Source: an uncultured virus (IMG/VR IMGVR_UViG_3300037487_002113) (lineage: Duplodnaviria; Heunggongvirae; Uroviricota; Caudoviricetes). From it: DNA of 64,000 nt. Position 1 is the stretch's first letter; each line of letters opens with the position of its first letter. Position numbers and translations under genes: made by a program. The notes beneath the pieces are model-generated. The model saw only the letters and a program-made list of their open reading frames with translations, ran no database searches and was not told the DNA's origin. Positions 55,487 through 64,000 of the stretch are shown piece by piece. The stretch lies in the IMG/VR virus record IMGVR_UViG_3300037487_002113; one strand, given 5' to 3'.

Positions 55487-55807
55487 ATGAGTAGGTGGCC
55501 GGTCAGAATTTCGCAGCAGGGTGGTACGGCACCGGTCACGCCGATCCCCCTTACGGGCAGGGAACGCGTCTACAACGCGGAGCCTTCGGGCCGCGTCAAC
55601 GGCGCGAACCGGACGTTCGCGCTTCCCTATTTTGTTGTGGGAAGTCAAGCAGTTATGATGAACGGCTTGCGTCTGAGACCGGGCGCCGGGAACGACTATA
55701 CCGTCGGCGAACAGCGCGGCGTAGGCACCGGGTACAACCTGGTGATATTTTTCACGGCGCCTTGCGCCGGTACATGCCTGCTGGCAGATTACACCCCCGC
55801 GGGGTAA
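55487..55807 (+). CDS. Small virion beta-sandwich protein
   Basis: P.G.VNG.N.TF....GS..V..NG.RL..G..NDY; N-terminal RWPVRISQ shared with 48583. Confidence 0.7.
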   Translation: MSRWPVRISQQGGTAPVTPIPLTGRERVYNAEPSGRVNGANRTFALPYFVVGSQAVMMNGLRLRPGAGNDYTVGEQRGVGTGYNLVIFFTAPCAGTCLLADYTPAG

Positions 55808-55823
55808 GCAGGAGCAGTATCTC

Positions 55824-57827
55824 ATGGCACGCACGTTCATCAATCAGTCGACTCAGATCGCCAACAGCGAGACGTACACCAGCAACGAGCCGACCGGCTC
55901 CGCGATGGAGTCGCAGGACCCGAGCAAGACTCTGGCCACGGACCTGGCCAACCTTCGCACGCTGGTTCGCCTGACGAGCGGAGAAGACTTCTGGCATGGC
56001 GCTCCTATCGACAGCATCCGCGGTCTCCACGATGGCCTGGCGGCCGAAGTGGCTGCTCGTAAGGCCGCCGATGTGACCATCAACACGGCGATCTCCGACG
56101 AGGTGACCGCTCGCGGGATCGCCGAGGGGACCATCAACACGGCGATCAGCGCCGAAGTGGATGCTCGTAAGGCCGCCGATGTGATCATCAACACGGCGAT
56201 CTCCAACGAGGTGACCGCTCGCGGGATCGCCGAGGGGACCATCAACAGCCTGATCTCCAGCGAGGTGGCCGCTCGCGGGATCGCCGAGGGGATCATCAAC
56301 ACGGCGATCAGCGCCGAAGTGGCTGCTCGTAAGGCCGCCGATGTGACCATCAACACGGCGATCTCCGACGAGGTGACCGATCGCGAGGCCGCCGATGTGA
56401 CCATCAACGGCACCATCAGCGCCCTCGACACTGCGTACAAGGCGGCCGACTCGACGCTCACGACCGACAAGCTCGCTCGTGATGGCAGCCAGGCGATGAC
56501 CAGCGATTTCAACGCTGGCTCCTTCCGCGTCACCAAGGTCGCTCTCCCGACCCAGCCCAGCGACGCGACGAACAAGTCCTACGTCGACGCCCTGGTCAGC
56601 GGCCTCAAGCTGCTGGCTCCTGTGCGCGCTCTCGCGAGTACCGTCAACGGCGCCTTCATTGGCACGATCGTCGACGGCGTTCAGCTCGTCAGCGGCGATT
56701 CGGTGCTCGCGATCGACGCCGATCCGACCTACTCGGGCCCCTACATCGTCACGATCGATCAGCAGGGCGCCAGCTGGGCGCGTCGGTCCGACTTCTCCGC
56801 GACCTCCGCTCAGGACGGCGCATTCCTCTTCGTTCAGGATGGCGGGGTCTACGGCGACACCGGGTGGGTGCAGACGAGCGATGTCTCTGGATCGTACTTG
56901 TTCAGCCAGCTGTACGGCGTCGGCACGTACACGGCCGGAGCGGGCCTCGATCTCAGCGGTCGTGAGTTCCTCGTCGAGGCCGAGGGCATCGTTACCGCGA
57001 TGCTCGCATCGTCGTCGGTCACCGAGGCGAAGATCGACAACCTCGCGGTCACCGAGGGCAAGCTCGGCGGCGGCGCGGTAGCGACGGCGAAGATCGCGGA
57101 CCTCGCCGTCACCACGGCGAAGATCGCAGTCGAAGCGGTCACTGCTGAGCAGATCGGCAAGCTGGCTGTCACCACGGCGAAGATCGACGGCCTCGCCGTC
57201 ACCACGGCGAAGATCGACGACCTCGCGGTCACCACGGCGAAGATCGACGACCTCGCGGTCACCGTGGCGAAGCTCGGCGCTTCTTCGGTCACGACCGTCA
57301 AGGTCGAGGACTCGGCGATCACGCAAGCCAAGCTCGGTCTCGTAGATCCCGTGCTCGCGCAGGACGCGTCCACGAAGAACTACACCGACTTGGCCGATGC
57401 GCTCAAGTTCGACAAGGCGGGCGGCACGGTGACTGGCACGCTCAAGATGAGCACCAACCAGATCACTGGCCTCGGCGCGCCCACTCTCTCCACGGATGCG
57501 GCGACCCTGGGGACCGTCACCGACGCCATCGCGGCCCTCGACGCGAGCCTCGACGCGCGCACCAGCAAGACCTACGCTGTCCTGACCGCCGCCGCTGCCG
57601 CAGGAGTCGCCCTCGTCGGCGGCTTCAACGGCAACCTCGACGCGACACTCCCGACGCTGCCGTCGGACCCCGCGGAGTTCAATCGCACCTGCGACGTCTA
57701 CCTCAACGGCCAGCTCCTGCGCTCCGGCGCGGACATGGACGTGCAGGTTTCGCAGATCGCGAACGCGGTTCAGATGACGTTCCCCGCGGTCGTCGGCGAC
57801 GTGCTCTGCATCGCCCAACGCACCTGA
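55824..57827 (+). CDS. Fibre-like protein with coiled-coil and 10-aa repeats
   Basis: 18-aa and AVTTAKIxDL repeats, DATNKSYVD motif, C-terminal VYLNGQLL domain. Confidence 0.8.
   Translation: MARTFINQSTQIANSETYTSNEPTGSAMESQDPSKTLATDLANLRTLVRLTSGEDFWHGAPIDSIRGLHDGLAAEVAARKAADVTINTAISDEVTARGIAEGTINTAISAEVDARKAADVIINTAISNEVTARGIAEGTINSLISSEVAARGIAEGIINTAISAEVAARKAADVTINTAISDEVTDREAADVTINGTISALDTAYKAADSTLTTDKLARDGSQAMTSDFNAGSFRVTKVALPTQPSDATNKSYVDALVSGLKLLAPVRALASTVNGAFIGTIVDGVQLVSGDSVLAIDADPTYSGPYIVTIDQQGASWARRSDFSATSAQDGAFLFVQDGGVYGDTGWVQTSDVSGSYLFSQLYGVGTYTAGAGLDLSGREFLVEAEGIVTAMLASSSVTEAKIDNLAVTEGKLGGGAVATAKIADLAVTTAKIAVEAVTAEQIGKLAVTTAKIDGLAVTTAKIDDLAVTTAKIDDLAVTVAKLGASSVTTVKVEDSAITQAKLGLVDPVLAQDASTKNYTDLADALKFDKAGGTVTGTLKMSTNQITGLGAPTLSTDAATLGTVTDAIAALDASLDARTSKTYAVLTAAAAAGVALVGGFNGNLDATLPTLPSDPAEFNRTCDVYLNGQLLRSGADMDVQVSQIANAVQMTFPAVVGDVLCIAQRT
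56043..56420 (+). repeat. Seven 54-bp coding repeats
   Basis: xEVxAR(KAADV/GIAEG)xINTAIS units. Confidence 0.9.
56985..57340 (+). repeat. About twelve 30-bp coding repeats
   Basis: AVTTAKIxDL units. Confidence 0.85.
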
Positions 57828-57838
57828 TCTGAGGCAAC

Positions 57839-58567
57839 ATGAGCACCCTTCCGCGCGACATCAGGATTCAGGCTTTCCAGGAGATTGGCGTCAAGATCGA
57901 TGACGCCTTGGATGTGGCACGCCTGGATACTGCCCGCCGGGAGGGCGCTCATGCTGCGCTTCTCATCGCGCTGCGCAGCGTCGCTGAAACGATCAAGCAG
58001 GTCGACGGCGAGATCTTTCAGGACGCCGCGCAGGCTGCGGTAGCTCGCGAATGGGTGAGGCGCTGCGCCGTCGCGTGCGACGCCCTGGTAGTGCAGGCCA
58101 GCGCGCACGTCTACGTGGCGCGCGGCGCTGAGGCGCAGGCGAAGTCGCTTGTGGCCGTGGTGAAACAGGTCTACGATCTCGAACTCACGAAGAAGCATCG
58201 GGAAACAGTGCCCCTAGCCCCTCTCCCAGTCGTTTCCATCGCTCCGGCCGTCCAGGTCGCCTCAGCCGCTCCAGCCGCTTCGGCCGCTCCGGCCGCCTAC
58301 GTGCCGAACGTCAGGAGGCGCACGCTCAAGGAAGAGCGCCTGGCCGAGGCCGCCGCAAGGGATGCCGCGCTGGCGCTGGCCGCCGCGTTCGTTCCCCCGC
58401 CTGAGCCCGCTCCCGTTCCCGCCGCGAAGTCACCTGCGAAGCGTGCACCGAAGCCTGCGGCGAAGCCTGCGGCGAAGCCTGCGGTGAAAGTCCCGGCGCA
58501 GCCCGTGGCGAAGATCTCTGTGAAGCCCGTGGCGAAGGCCGCGGCGAAGAAGAAAGCGCAGCGGTGA
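57839..58567 (+). CDS. Hypothetical protein with histone-H1-like AKP tail
   Basis: PAAK repeats at the C-terminus. Confidence 0.7.
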   Translation: MSTLPRDIRIQAFQEIGVKIDDALDVARLDTARREGAHAALLIALRSVAETIKQVDGEIFQDAAQAAVAREWVRRCAVACDALVVQASAHVYVARGAEAQAKSLVAVVKQVYDLELTKKHRETVPLAPLPVVSIAPAVQVASAAPAASAAPAAYVPNVRRRTLKEERLAEAAARDAALALAAAFVPPPEPAPVPAAKSPAKRAPKPAAKPAAKPAVKVPAQPVAKISVKPVAKAAAKKKAQR

Positions 58568-58797
58568 AGGCCATGGGAATCAAGCTGTCGATCGCTCTCG
58601 TGCTCCTCACGATGGGCTCATGCACGCCCACGCAGCTGCGCATCTCGTACGCCAAGGAGGTCGCGCGCTGCACGACGAACGAGCGTGCTATCGTGGACCG
58701 TCAGGACACGACGCTGGAGCAGGACCATGCCGCTCTCGACGCGGAGCGCGCGCGCTGTGATGCGGCGCTTGCGGCCATCGAACACGGAGGCGAGTGA
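58564..58797 (+). CDS. Small lipoprotein-like protein (spanin-like candidate)
   Basis: Hydrophobic signal + MGSC; located in the lysis region. Confidence 0.55.
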   Translation: MKAMGIKLSIALVLLTMGSCTPTQLRISYAKEVARCTTNERAIVDRQDTTLEQDHAALDAERARCDAALAAIEHGGE

Positions 58798-58979
58798 TGG
58801 GCGACGCTGCGAAGATCGCGCTGGAGTTCGCCAAGGCTGTGGCCGACGCCACGCCGACGCTGTTCCAGCTGTTCTCCCATGTCGGCGGACGGGACAAGTT
58901 CCTCGTCGTGCTTGACGGCGTGCTGGTGACGGTCCGTGCGAAGACGGACGCGGACATCGCTGCCAAGCCGCGCCGGTAG
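58794..58979 (+). CDS. Small hypothetical protein
   Basis: GGAGG RBS, overlap. Confidence 0.6.
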   Translation: MMGDAAKIALEFAKAVADATPTLFQLFSHVGGRDKFLVVLDGVLVTVRAKTDADIAAKPRR

Positions 58980-59009
58980 GGAGATCTGCTTGGGGGACGG
59001 TTAGCTGGT

Positions 59010-59037
59010 CGCCGTGTGAGCCCAGGCTCACACGGCG
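59010..59037. other. Perfect 13-bp inverted repeat
   Basis: CGCCGTGTGAGCC-CA-GGCTCACACGGCG. Confidence 0.6.
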
Positions 59038-59083
59038 CTCCGCGGGGCGATGAAGTAACCTATGCCTACCGCGGACGTGACGT

Positions 59084-59455
59084 ATGACGTCGATCATCAT
59101 CTGGAAGCTCATTGCTGCGATCTTTGCCACGCCCTCTGCGGCCATCGTGGCCAGAGCCGTCATGCATCGCATGTCGAACTCGTGGAAGCTACGCGTGTCG
59201 GAGATCGACTACCTGCGCACGGAGGTCAAGCGCGAGCGTGAGGAGGCGGAGGCCGTGCTGCGCGCAGCACGCGCGGAGCACGCGGCTGCCTTGGCGGCGC
59301 AGGACCAGCTTGTCGAAAGGTTGCACCGTCGGATTGAAAACGTGGAAGGGGCGAGGGATAGTCTAGCGGCCGACCTCAAGGTCGCGCAGCACGACGTCGA
59401 AACAGCACGCAGGTTCGTCGATGGGGCTACGGCGACGCGGAAGGATAAGAAGTGA
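59084..59455 (+). CDS. Membrane-anchored coiled-coil protein (holin/spanin-like)
   Basis: N-terminal TM + heptads, upstream of the endolysin. Confidence 0.6.
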   Translation: MTSIIIWKLIAAIFATPSAAIVARAVMHRMSNSWKLRVSEIDYLRTEVKREREEAEAVLRAARAEHAAALAAQDQLVERLHRRIENVEGARDSLAADLKVAQHDVETARRFVDGATATRKDKK

Positions 59456-59739
59456 TGAAATCCTGGAAATGGCCGTCATCAGCTCAGTGGACCGCATGGT
59501 CGCTTCAGGCTTCGCTTCTCTTGGTGTCGATCGCCCCGATCCTCCCGCCCGGAACGCCCGCATGGGTGCCCAACGCGCTGCAGATCGGAGCCGTGTGCAT
59601 CGGCGTGTTCACGCATAAAATCGGCCACACCACCACGCCCAAGCCTGTCCGCGTTGCTGCGGTTCCCGCGGCAACGGAGGCGGTTTCTTCTGAAGCCGCT
59701 GTAACAGCGAGTCCAGCTGGCTCGTCGGAGGCAGTATGA
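59452..59739 (+). CDS. Two-TM protein, holin candidate
   Basis: Two hydrophobic segments. Confidence 0.55.
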   Translation: MMKSWKWPSSAQWTAWSLQASLLLVSIAPILPPGTPAWVPNALQIGAVCIGVFTHKIGHTTTPKPVRVAAVPAATEAVSSEAAVTASPAGSSEAV

Positions 59740-59843
59740 GCATCCTATCTGCAGAAACTCGTCGGAAGGGCGTCATCGCGCTCGGCGTCGGATGGCTGAT
59801 GTTCGCAACGATCGTGCTCGCCAGCGCGTGCATGCATGGCTGA
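59736..59843 (+). CDS. 35-aa membrane peptide (not in ORF track)
   Basis: GGAGG RBS, ATGA overlap; MSILSAETRRKGVIALGVGWLMFATIVLASACMHG. Confidence 0.45.
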   Translation: MSILSAETRRKGVIALGVGWLMFATIVLASACMHG

Positions 59844-60531
59844 TACGGCTCCGACATGTCTCGACTGGCGCAAGCGGCAGGTCGATCCTTTTCCGATCAA
59901 GCACAAGAACGACGGTACGCTGATCTCCACGAGCAAGATCGTGGCAGGTCAAACGTACTGCCGTGACCCGAAGACCGTCACCGGCATCACGGTCCACCAG
60001 ACTGCCTGCGTTTTCGGCCCAGCGGCCGACCCGGCCAAGAAGCACCTGCGCGCGATGGGCATCCCGGCGCACGCTGTGGCGTTTCGCGACGGGTTCTACG
60101 TCATCACGGCGCCGCTGTCCTGGTACCTCTACCACGGCAACCGGCTGAACGGCCCGACGCTTGGGCTGGAGATCGAAGGGCAGTACCCAGGTCTCCCTGA
60201 CGACACGACGACCCCGAAGCGCGAGGATGAGCAGACGACGTGGGGCGGACAGCCAACGCCGCTTGACGACCTGACCATCGCGACGGCGCGCGCGGCGCTC
60301 TGCTTTCTGGTGACCGAGGGCCGACGGGCGGGAATGCCGATCGAGTACGTCTACGCGCACCGGCAGAGCAACGGGCAGAAGCCGAGCGACCCTGGGTTCG
60401 GCATCTGGCAGCATGTCGTGCTCGACTACGCCGTCGCCGTGCTCGGGCTCAAGACGCAGGACCAGAAGACGTTTGACGACGGCAAGCCGATCCCCGCGCA
60501 GTGGGAAACCGGGGCGACGGCGAAATACTAG
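59836..60531 (+). CDS. N-acetylmuramoyl-L-alanine amidase (Amidase_2) endolysin
   Basis: ITVHQTA, AH, YHG...N..TLGLEIEG, AHRQ...K..DPG. Confidence 0.85.
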   Translation: MADTAPTCLDWRKRQVDPFPIKHKNDGTLISTSKIVAGQTYCRDPKTVTGITVHQTACVFGPAADPAKKHLRAMGIPAHAVAFRDGFYVITAPLSWYLYHGNRLNGPTLGLEIEGQYPGLPDDTTTPKREDEQTTWGGQPTPLDDLTIATARAALCFLVTEGRRAGMPIEYVYAHRQSNGQKPSDPGFGIWQHVVLDYAVAVLGLKTQDQKTFDDGKPIPAQWETGATAKY

Positions 60532-60556
60532 CGGGACGCCTCGCGACAGGCAGCAC

Positions 60557-60585
60557 TTGAACCGGATGCCGAAGGCGAGTACCTT
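60557..60585 (+). promoter_or_regulatory. Sigma-70-like promoter
   Basis: TTGAAC-17-TACCTT. Confidence 0.4.
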
Positions 60586-60630
60586 CGGGCCGAGCGGCGT
60601 CGACCGCGAAGGCAACCCGGAGAACTGATC

Positions 60631-61932
60631 ATGTCGGATACGATTCAGCGCAAGTTCATCGTGCTCCCGTCCAGCGGCGGCGCGACTGTTGTTCCGCCGT
60701 CCAACGTCCTCTGGGTTTCCGCAGGTGGCGTTGACCTGACGGGCACACGAGGCGACGCCGCGCTGCCGTATCTCACGTTTCAGGCGGCGCTGACGGATGC
60801 GCAGACGGGCGATCAGATCCGTGTGGGACCGGGCAGCTTCGCGCTCCCGGTAGCCGGTCTGGTCTGGCCGCTGGCGCTCACGCGACTCTCGATCGTCGGG
60901 TCTGGCGTAGGCGCGAAGGCTGGCACGCAACTCGTGCAGGCGTCCAACGCGGCCCTGGACGTGCCGGCCTATTTCTCGGCCCTGCACATCTCGGACATTG
61001 AGATCGCTACCACGACGTCTGGCGTCGCCATCCTCGCCGACGGCAGTGGCGTGGGCGCTATCGCCGGCACCTTCATGGGCTCGGGCGGCCTGGTGCTCCA
61101 CAACGTGCGCCTGGACGCGGCCAGCGGCTTCTACGGCCTGGTGGCTGCCAGCGCGTGCGAGGTCTCGATGACCAACGTGCACTCGTTCGGTCCGCTGGCA
61201 TTCTTGTCATGCAACTTCGGCCCCATGCAAAACATTCTCGCCGGCGACTACGTCAGCGGCGGGAAGACCATGCTGCTGCATTGGGAGGTCGCCAGCGTGA
61301 CAGCTCCCGCGGCCGGCCGGTCGATGTGCATGCTGCAGTCGGTGATCGCCGGAGACCTGCTCCTCGGCGGTCAGACCCTGTTCAGCGGAGACAGCGCCTG
61401 TCAGTTCGACTCCATTCAGAACTACGTCACGAACCCGCTGCTTGCGGGCGGAGGCGGAGAGCTGCCGAGCGTCAGTTTCAGTGGCAGTGCGACCTCCGTA
61501 GATTTCACGACCACGCCGCTGGGAGTTTCGGCGCCCATGACCTTGTCGTTCAAGGGCGCGACGGTGGTCACGTTTGCCGCGACCGCGACCTTCGTGCAAA
61601 ACATCTACGCCACCGGCATGAACGTCGTGACGTCGGTCATCATCGGTAACCTGGTGAGCTTCTACGATCGGCTCGCCAACGCGTCCAGCAAGTACACGAC
61701 GGTGGGCACCGGTACGATCACGCCTGGCTACTGGGCTGGCGAAGCCCTTGCCAGTAACGTCGAAACGCCGTTTCCTTTCGTGGCTAGCACCGCGCCAGTC
61801 TCCGCGCAGGCAACGGGGCAGTTGGCGGCTTCCGGCGCTGTTGCGGTTACCGCGGTCACTGCCACTGGCGTCACCGTGGACGACCCCGCGCACGACAGTG
61901 CCAAAACGTACGTCGCCGTCTTCTGGGGCTGA
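60631..61932 (+). CDS. Beta-helix spike-like protein
   Basis: G.D.TGTRGD...P..T..AAL....D.I.VGPG.F cap, shared with 53116. Confidence 0.7.
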   Translation: MSDTIQRKFIVLPSSGGATVVPPSNVLWVSAGGVDLTGTRGDAALPYLTFQAALTDAQTGDQIRVGPGSFALPVAGLVWPLALTRLSIVGSGVGAKAGTQLVQASNAALDVPAYFSALHISDIEIATTTSGVAILADGSGVGAIAGTFMGSGGLVLHNVRLDAASGFYGLVAASACEVSMTNVHSFGPLAFLSCNFGPMQNILAGDYVSGGKTMLLHWEVASVTAPAAGRSMCMLQSVIAGDLLLGGQTLFSGDSACQFDSIQNYVTNPLLAGGGGELPSVSFSGSATSVDFTTTPLGVSAPMTLSFKGATVVTFAATATFVQNIYATGMNVVTSVIIGNLVSFYDRLANASSKYTTVGTGTITPGYWAGEALASNVETPFPFVASTAPVSAQATGQLAASGAVAVTAVTATGVTVDDPAHDSAKTYVAVFWG

Positions 61933-61961
61933 TCGCAATCACGCGATCATAGGAGTTTACG

Positions 61962-62348
61962 ATGAGCATCAAGGTCTTTTCCGAAATGTCTGGCAACAGC
62001 GACGACATGATGTCCGGCCTCGGGGCGGACGAGATGGACGAGGTCGGGATGCGCGTCGCGCCGCACGGCGTCGAGTGCACCTTCGGCTGTCAGGGCTGTG
62101 GCTGGCAGAGCAAGATGCTGCTGGAGTGGCCTGAGATTCTCGCCGTCGTTCACGGCCACAAGGTCCATGGCATCAACCCGCTTCAGAAGGGCGTGGCGAT
62201 CTTGTCGCCGTGCAAGAAGTGCGGCGCGCAGCAGTCGATGTCCATGAGCTGGAATGAGGTCCGGGAGATCTGCGCCGCCGGCATCAAGAACAACATCATC
62301 GGCCGCAACCAGGTCCCGCCGCAGCTGCTCTTCGGCACCGGCGTCTGA
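61962..62348 (+). CDS. Zinc-ribbon hypothetical protein
   Basis: CQGC...CKKC; AGGAG RBS. Confidence 0.7.
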   Translation: MSIKVFSEMSGNSDDMMSGLGADEMDEVGMRVAPHGVECTFGCQGCGWQSKMLLEWPEILAVVHGHKVHGINPLQKGVAILSPCKKCGAQQSMSMSWNEVREICAAGIKNNIIGRNQVPPQLLFGTGV

Positions 62349-62367
62349 TCGTTCGTCGGAGGGTTCA

Positions 62368-63171
62368 GTGTCGTACGCGCCGCCTCTCGTCCAGAACGCC
62401 AAGATGGTCTCCAACATGCGCACCCGTCCGGGGCGCACGTCGGGGCAGCCCACGGTGCACGCGGGGATGGACCTGAACTCGGGCAACGGCAAGCCCGTCG
62501 TCTGCGTTCAGGACGGCGTGGTCGAGACGGTCAGCCGGGACGAGCGGGCAGCGCCTGGCATCAGCGGCTACGGCAACGCTGTCGTCATCAACCAGGGCGA
62601 CGGCTTCTGGACGCTCTACGGGCACATGAGCGCCACGTACGTGACGGCAGGCCAGCGCGTGACGGCCGGCACGATGATCGGTCGCATCGGCAACACCTCC
62701 AACGGCAAGTTCTCGCCTGTGACAGGTACGACGCGCGAGCAGTGGCGTGCCGCGGCTCCAAGCGATCCGGCGCGCCGCAAGGTGATGGTCCCGCACCTCC
62801 ACCTGGAGCGTCGACACGCTGCTCCAGGTGGCTCCTCGCCGTATCTCGGCACGTGGGCCGGTCGCGGCTACGGCGTGCTCACGGTAGACCCGAAGCCGTG
62901 GCTGGAGGCGGCTGGCCTGGTCATCGCGCGCAATCTGCAGATGAGCGTCACTCCGGGTTCGCAAATGGACCGGACGCGCGCGTCGTGGTCGGCGCTGGCT
63001 GGCACTGGCGTCGGAGTCGGGCCGGAGTCGGGCGGTGACGTGACCGACTACGGGTTCGAGATTGACGATGACTTGCTGGAGTCGGTCGACAGCAGCCTTT
63101 ACGCGTTTCTTGGTGTATCGGTCGTCGTGGCATTTTTGGGATTGGGGTTCCTGGCTTACAGGCTAACGTGA
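62368..63171 (+). CDS. M23-family peptidase with C-terminal TM anchor
   Basis: HAGMD, GYGN.V.I, YGHM, G.IG.T, PHLHLE; hydrophobic C-terminus. Confidence 0.88.
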   Translation: MSYAPPLVQNAKMVSNMRTRPGRTSGQPTVHAGMDLNSGNGKPVVCVQDGVVETVSRDERAAPGISGYGNAVVINQGDGFWTLYGHMSATYVTAGQRVTAGTMIGRIGNTSNGKFSPVTGTTREQWRAAAPSDPARRKVMVPHLHLERRHAAPGGSSPYLGTWAGRGYGVLTVDPKPWLEAAGLVIARNLQMSVTPGSQMDRTRASWSALAGTGVGVGPESGGDVTDYGFEIDDDLLESVDSSLYAFLGVSVVVAFLGLGFLAYRLT

Positions 63172-63791
63172 CGCGCCTCAGCAGTTCAGTTGCATGGTCG
63201 AATGAAGGCGCTCCGGCTATCCTCGCTCGGTACGAAGGGCTCGTCATCAAGACGGCGCGCTCGATGCGTCAGCAGCAGTCCTCCGGGCACTGCCTTGACG
63301 TGGACGACCTCGTCGCGGAGGGTCGCGTCGCGGTGCTTGAGGCCGTGGCCACCTACGACGGGTACGGCACGAACGAGTTCGGGTGGGTCCTACGACGCGT
63401 GAGGCATCGGATGCTTGATGCGATCCGACGGCTCGACATGCGCTCCCGGCGCGAGCTGCGCGAGGTCGCTGCGCGACGGCTGAGTGGCGTAGCCTCCTCG
63501 GACCTGCTCGCGGCCAGGCATATCGCGTTCGCCAGGGACGAGTCGGACTTCATGCCGCGAGACGGCAATCAGGAAGAGGACGTGGCAGCGAAAGAGGTCG
63601 CGGCAATCGTGCTCGACACGATCAGCGACATGACCGGCAAGGAGCGCATCGTCGCCGACGCGCTCGTCCTACACGGTGAGTCGATGGCCGAGGTCGCGGA
63701 GCGGCTGAGCGTGACGGTCGCGCGCGTGTCGCAGATCTTCCAGTCGGTGCGCGACACGCTCCGCTACCACATCGAGAGCAGTACCGCCTAG
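63168..63791 (+). CDS. RNA polymerase sigma-70-family factor (FliA/WhiG-like, regions 2 and 4)
   Basis: DDLVAEG...LEAV..YD...R.R..MLD.IRRLD..SR; EVAERLSVT..RVSQI. Confidence 0.88.
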   Translation: MTRLSSSVAWSNEGAPAILARYEGLVIKTARSMRQQQSSGHCLDVDDLVAEGRVAVLEAVATYDGYGTNEFGWVLRRVRHRMLDAIRRLDMRSRRELREVAARRLSGVASSDLLAARHIAFARDESDFMPRDGNQEEDVAAKEVAAIVLDTISDMTGKERIVADALVLHGESMAEVAERLSVTVARVSQIFQSVRDTLRYHIESSTA

Positions 63792-64000
63792 AGGATCGGC
63801 GGAAGCGTCCGCACGAACTGCGAGAATATCGGGTTGAACAGGGCGCGCGTCCCGTCGTCCATCGGGCGACGCTTAGTCGAGACCGCGTTGGCTGCGGTGG
63901 CGCCGGAGCAGCCCGTGGCGATCATGAGCGTGAGCGCAGAGATGAGGCCGCTGCGGTTCATGCCCATCATGCATGTCACAAGCACGCGCTTGTTCTCGCG
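63788..64000 (-). CDS. Dual-specificity/tyrosine phosphatase-like protein (5' truncated)
   Basis: VLVTCMMGMNRSG = CX5R P-loop; L.NP.F motif. Confidence 0.8.
   Translation of the reverse strand, partial: RENKRVLVTCMMGMNRSGLISALTLMIATGCSGATAANAVSTKRRPMDDGTRALFNPIFSQFVRTLPPIL

Noticed and set aside
62007..62025. MSGLG matching an adenovirus-protease-type cleavage consensus
   Set aside because: The motif is too short to be significant in Gly-rich proteins, and no such protease is seen.
801..62964. Many long minus-strand and alternate-frame ORFs (e.g. 20267..21970, 51112..53100, 55752..57818)
   Set aside because: Shadow ORFs expected at high GC. They overlap coupled + strand genes with RBSs and have Arg/Ala/Pro-rich composition with no motifs.
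1..64000. tRNA, rRNA, integrase, terminase, major capsid and DNA polymerase genes
   Set aside because: No recognisable signatures by eye. They may lie outside the window or be too divergent.

Overview
Very GC-rich, gene-dense segment of a large bacteriophage or virus-like element. About 105 ORFs run on the + strand, many translationally coupled by ATGA/GTGA overlaps, and one truncated ORF lies on the - strand at the right edge. There are three zones. (1) 1-33.8 kb is a probable early/host-takeover region of small, mostly acidic or Cys-rich orphan genes. It shows much internal duplication and domain shuffling and includes a MoxR-type AAA ATPase / DUF6744-like / metallopeptidase-vWA triad. (2) 33.8-46.3 kb covers recombination and replication: Gp157, DNA methyltransferase, HTH regulator, SSAP-like and DUF669 proteins, an SF2 helicase with two inteins, an AEP primase, an Fe-S-type helicase-like protein and an AT-rich candidate origin. 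(3) 46.9-64 kb holds virion fibre/spike-like genes, a lysis cassette with an amidase endolysin, an M23 peptidase, a sigma-70-family factor and a CX5R phosphatase. I recognised no capsid, portal, terminase, DNA polymerase, integrase, tRNA or CRISPR array. The most unusual signal is an oriented 18-bp motif, GCCCGCG-N5-YCCGGC. I found 11 exact copies plus several near copies, all on the + strand, many at gene ends or domain junctions. All family assignments come from motif recognition by eye, not database searches.
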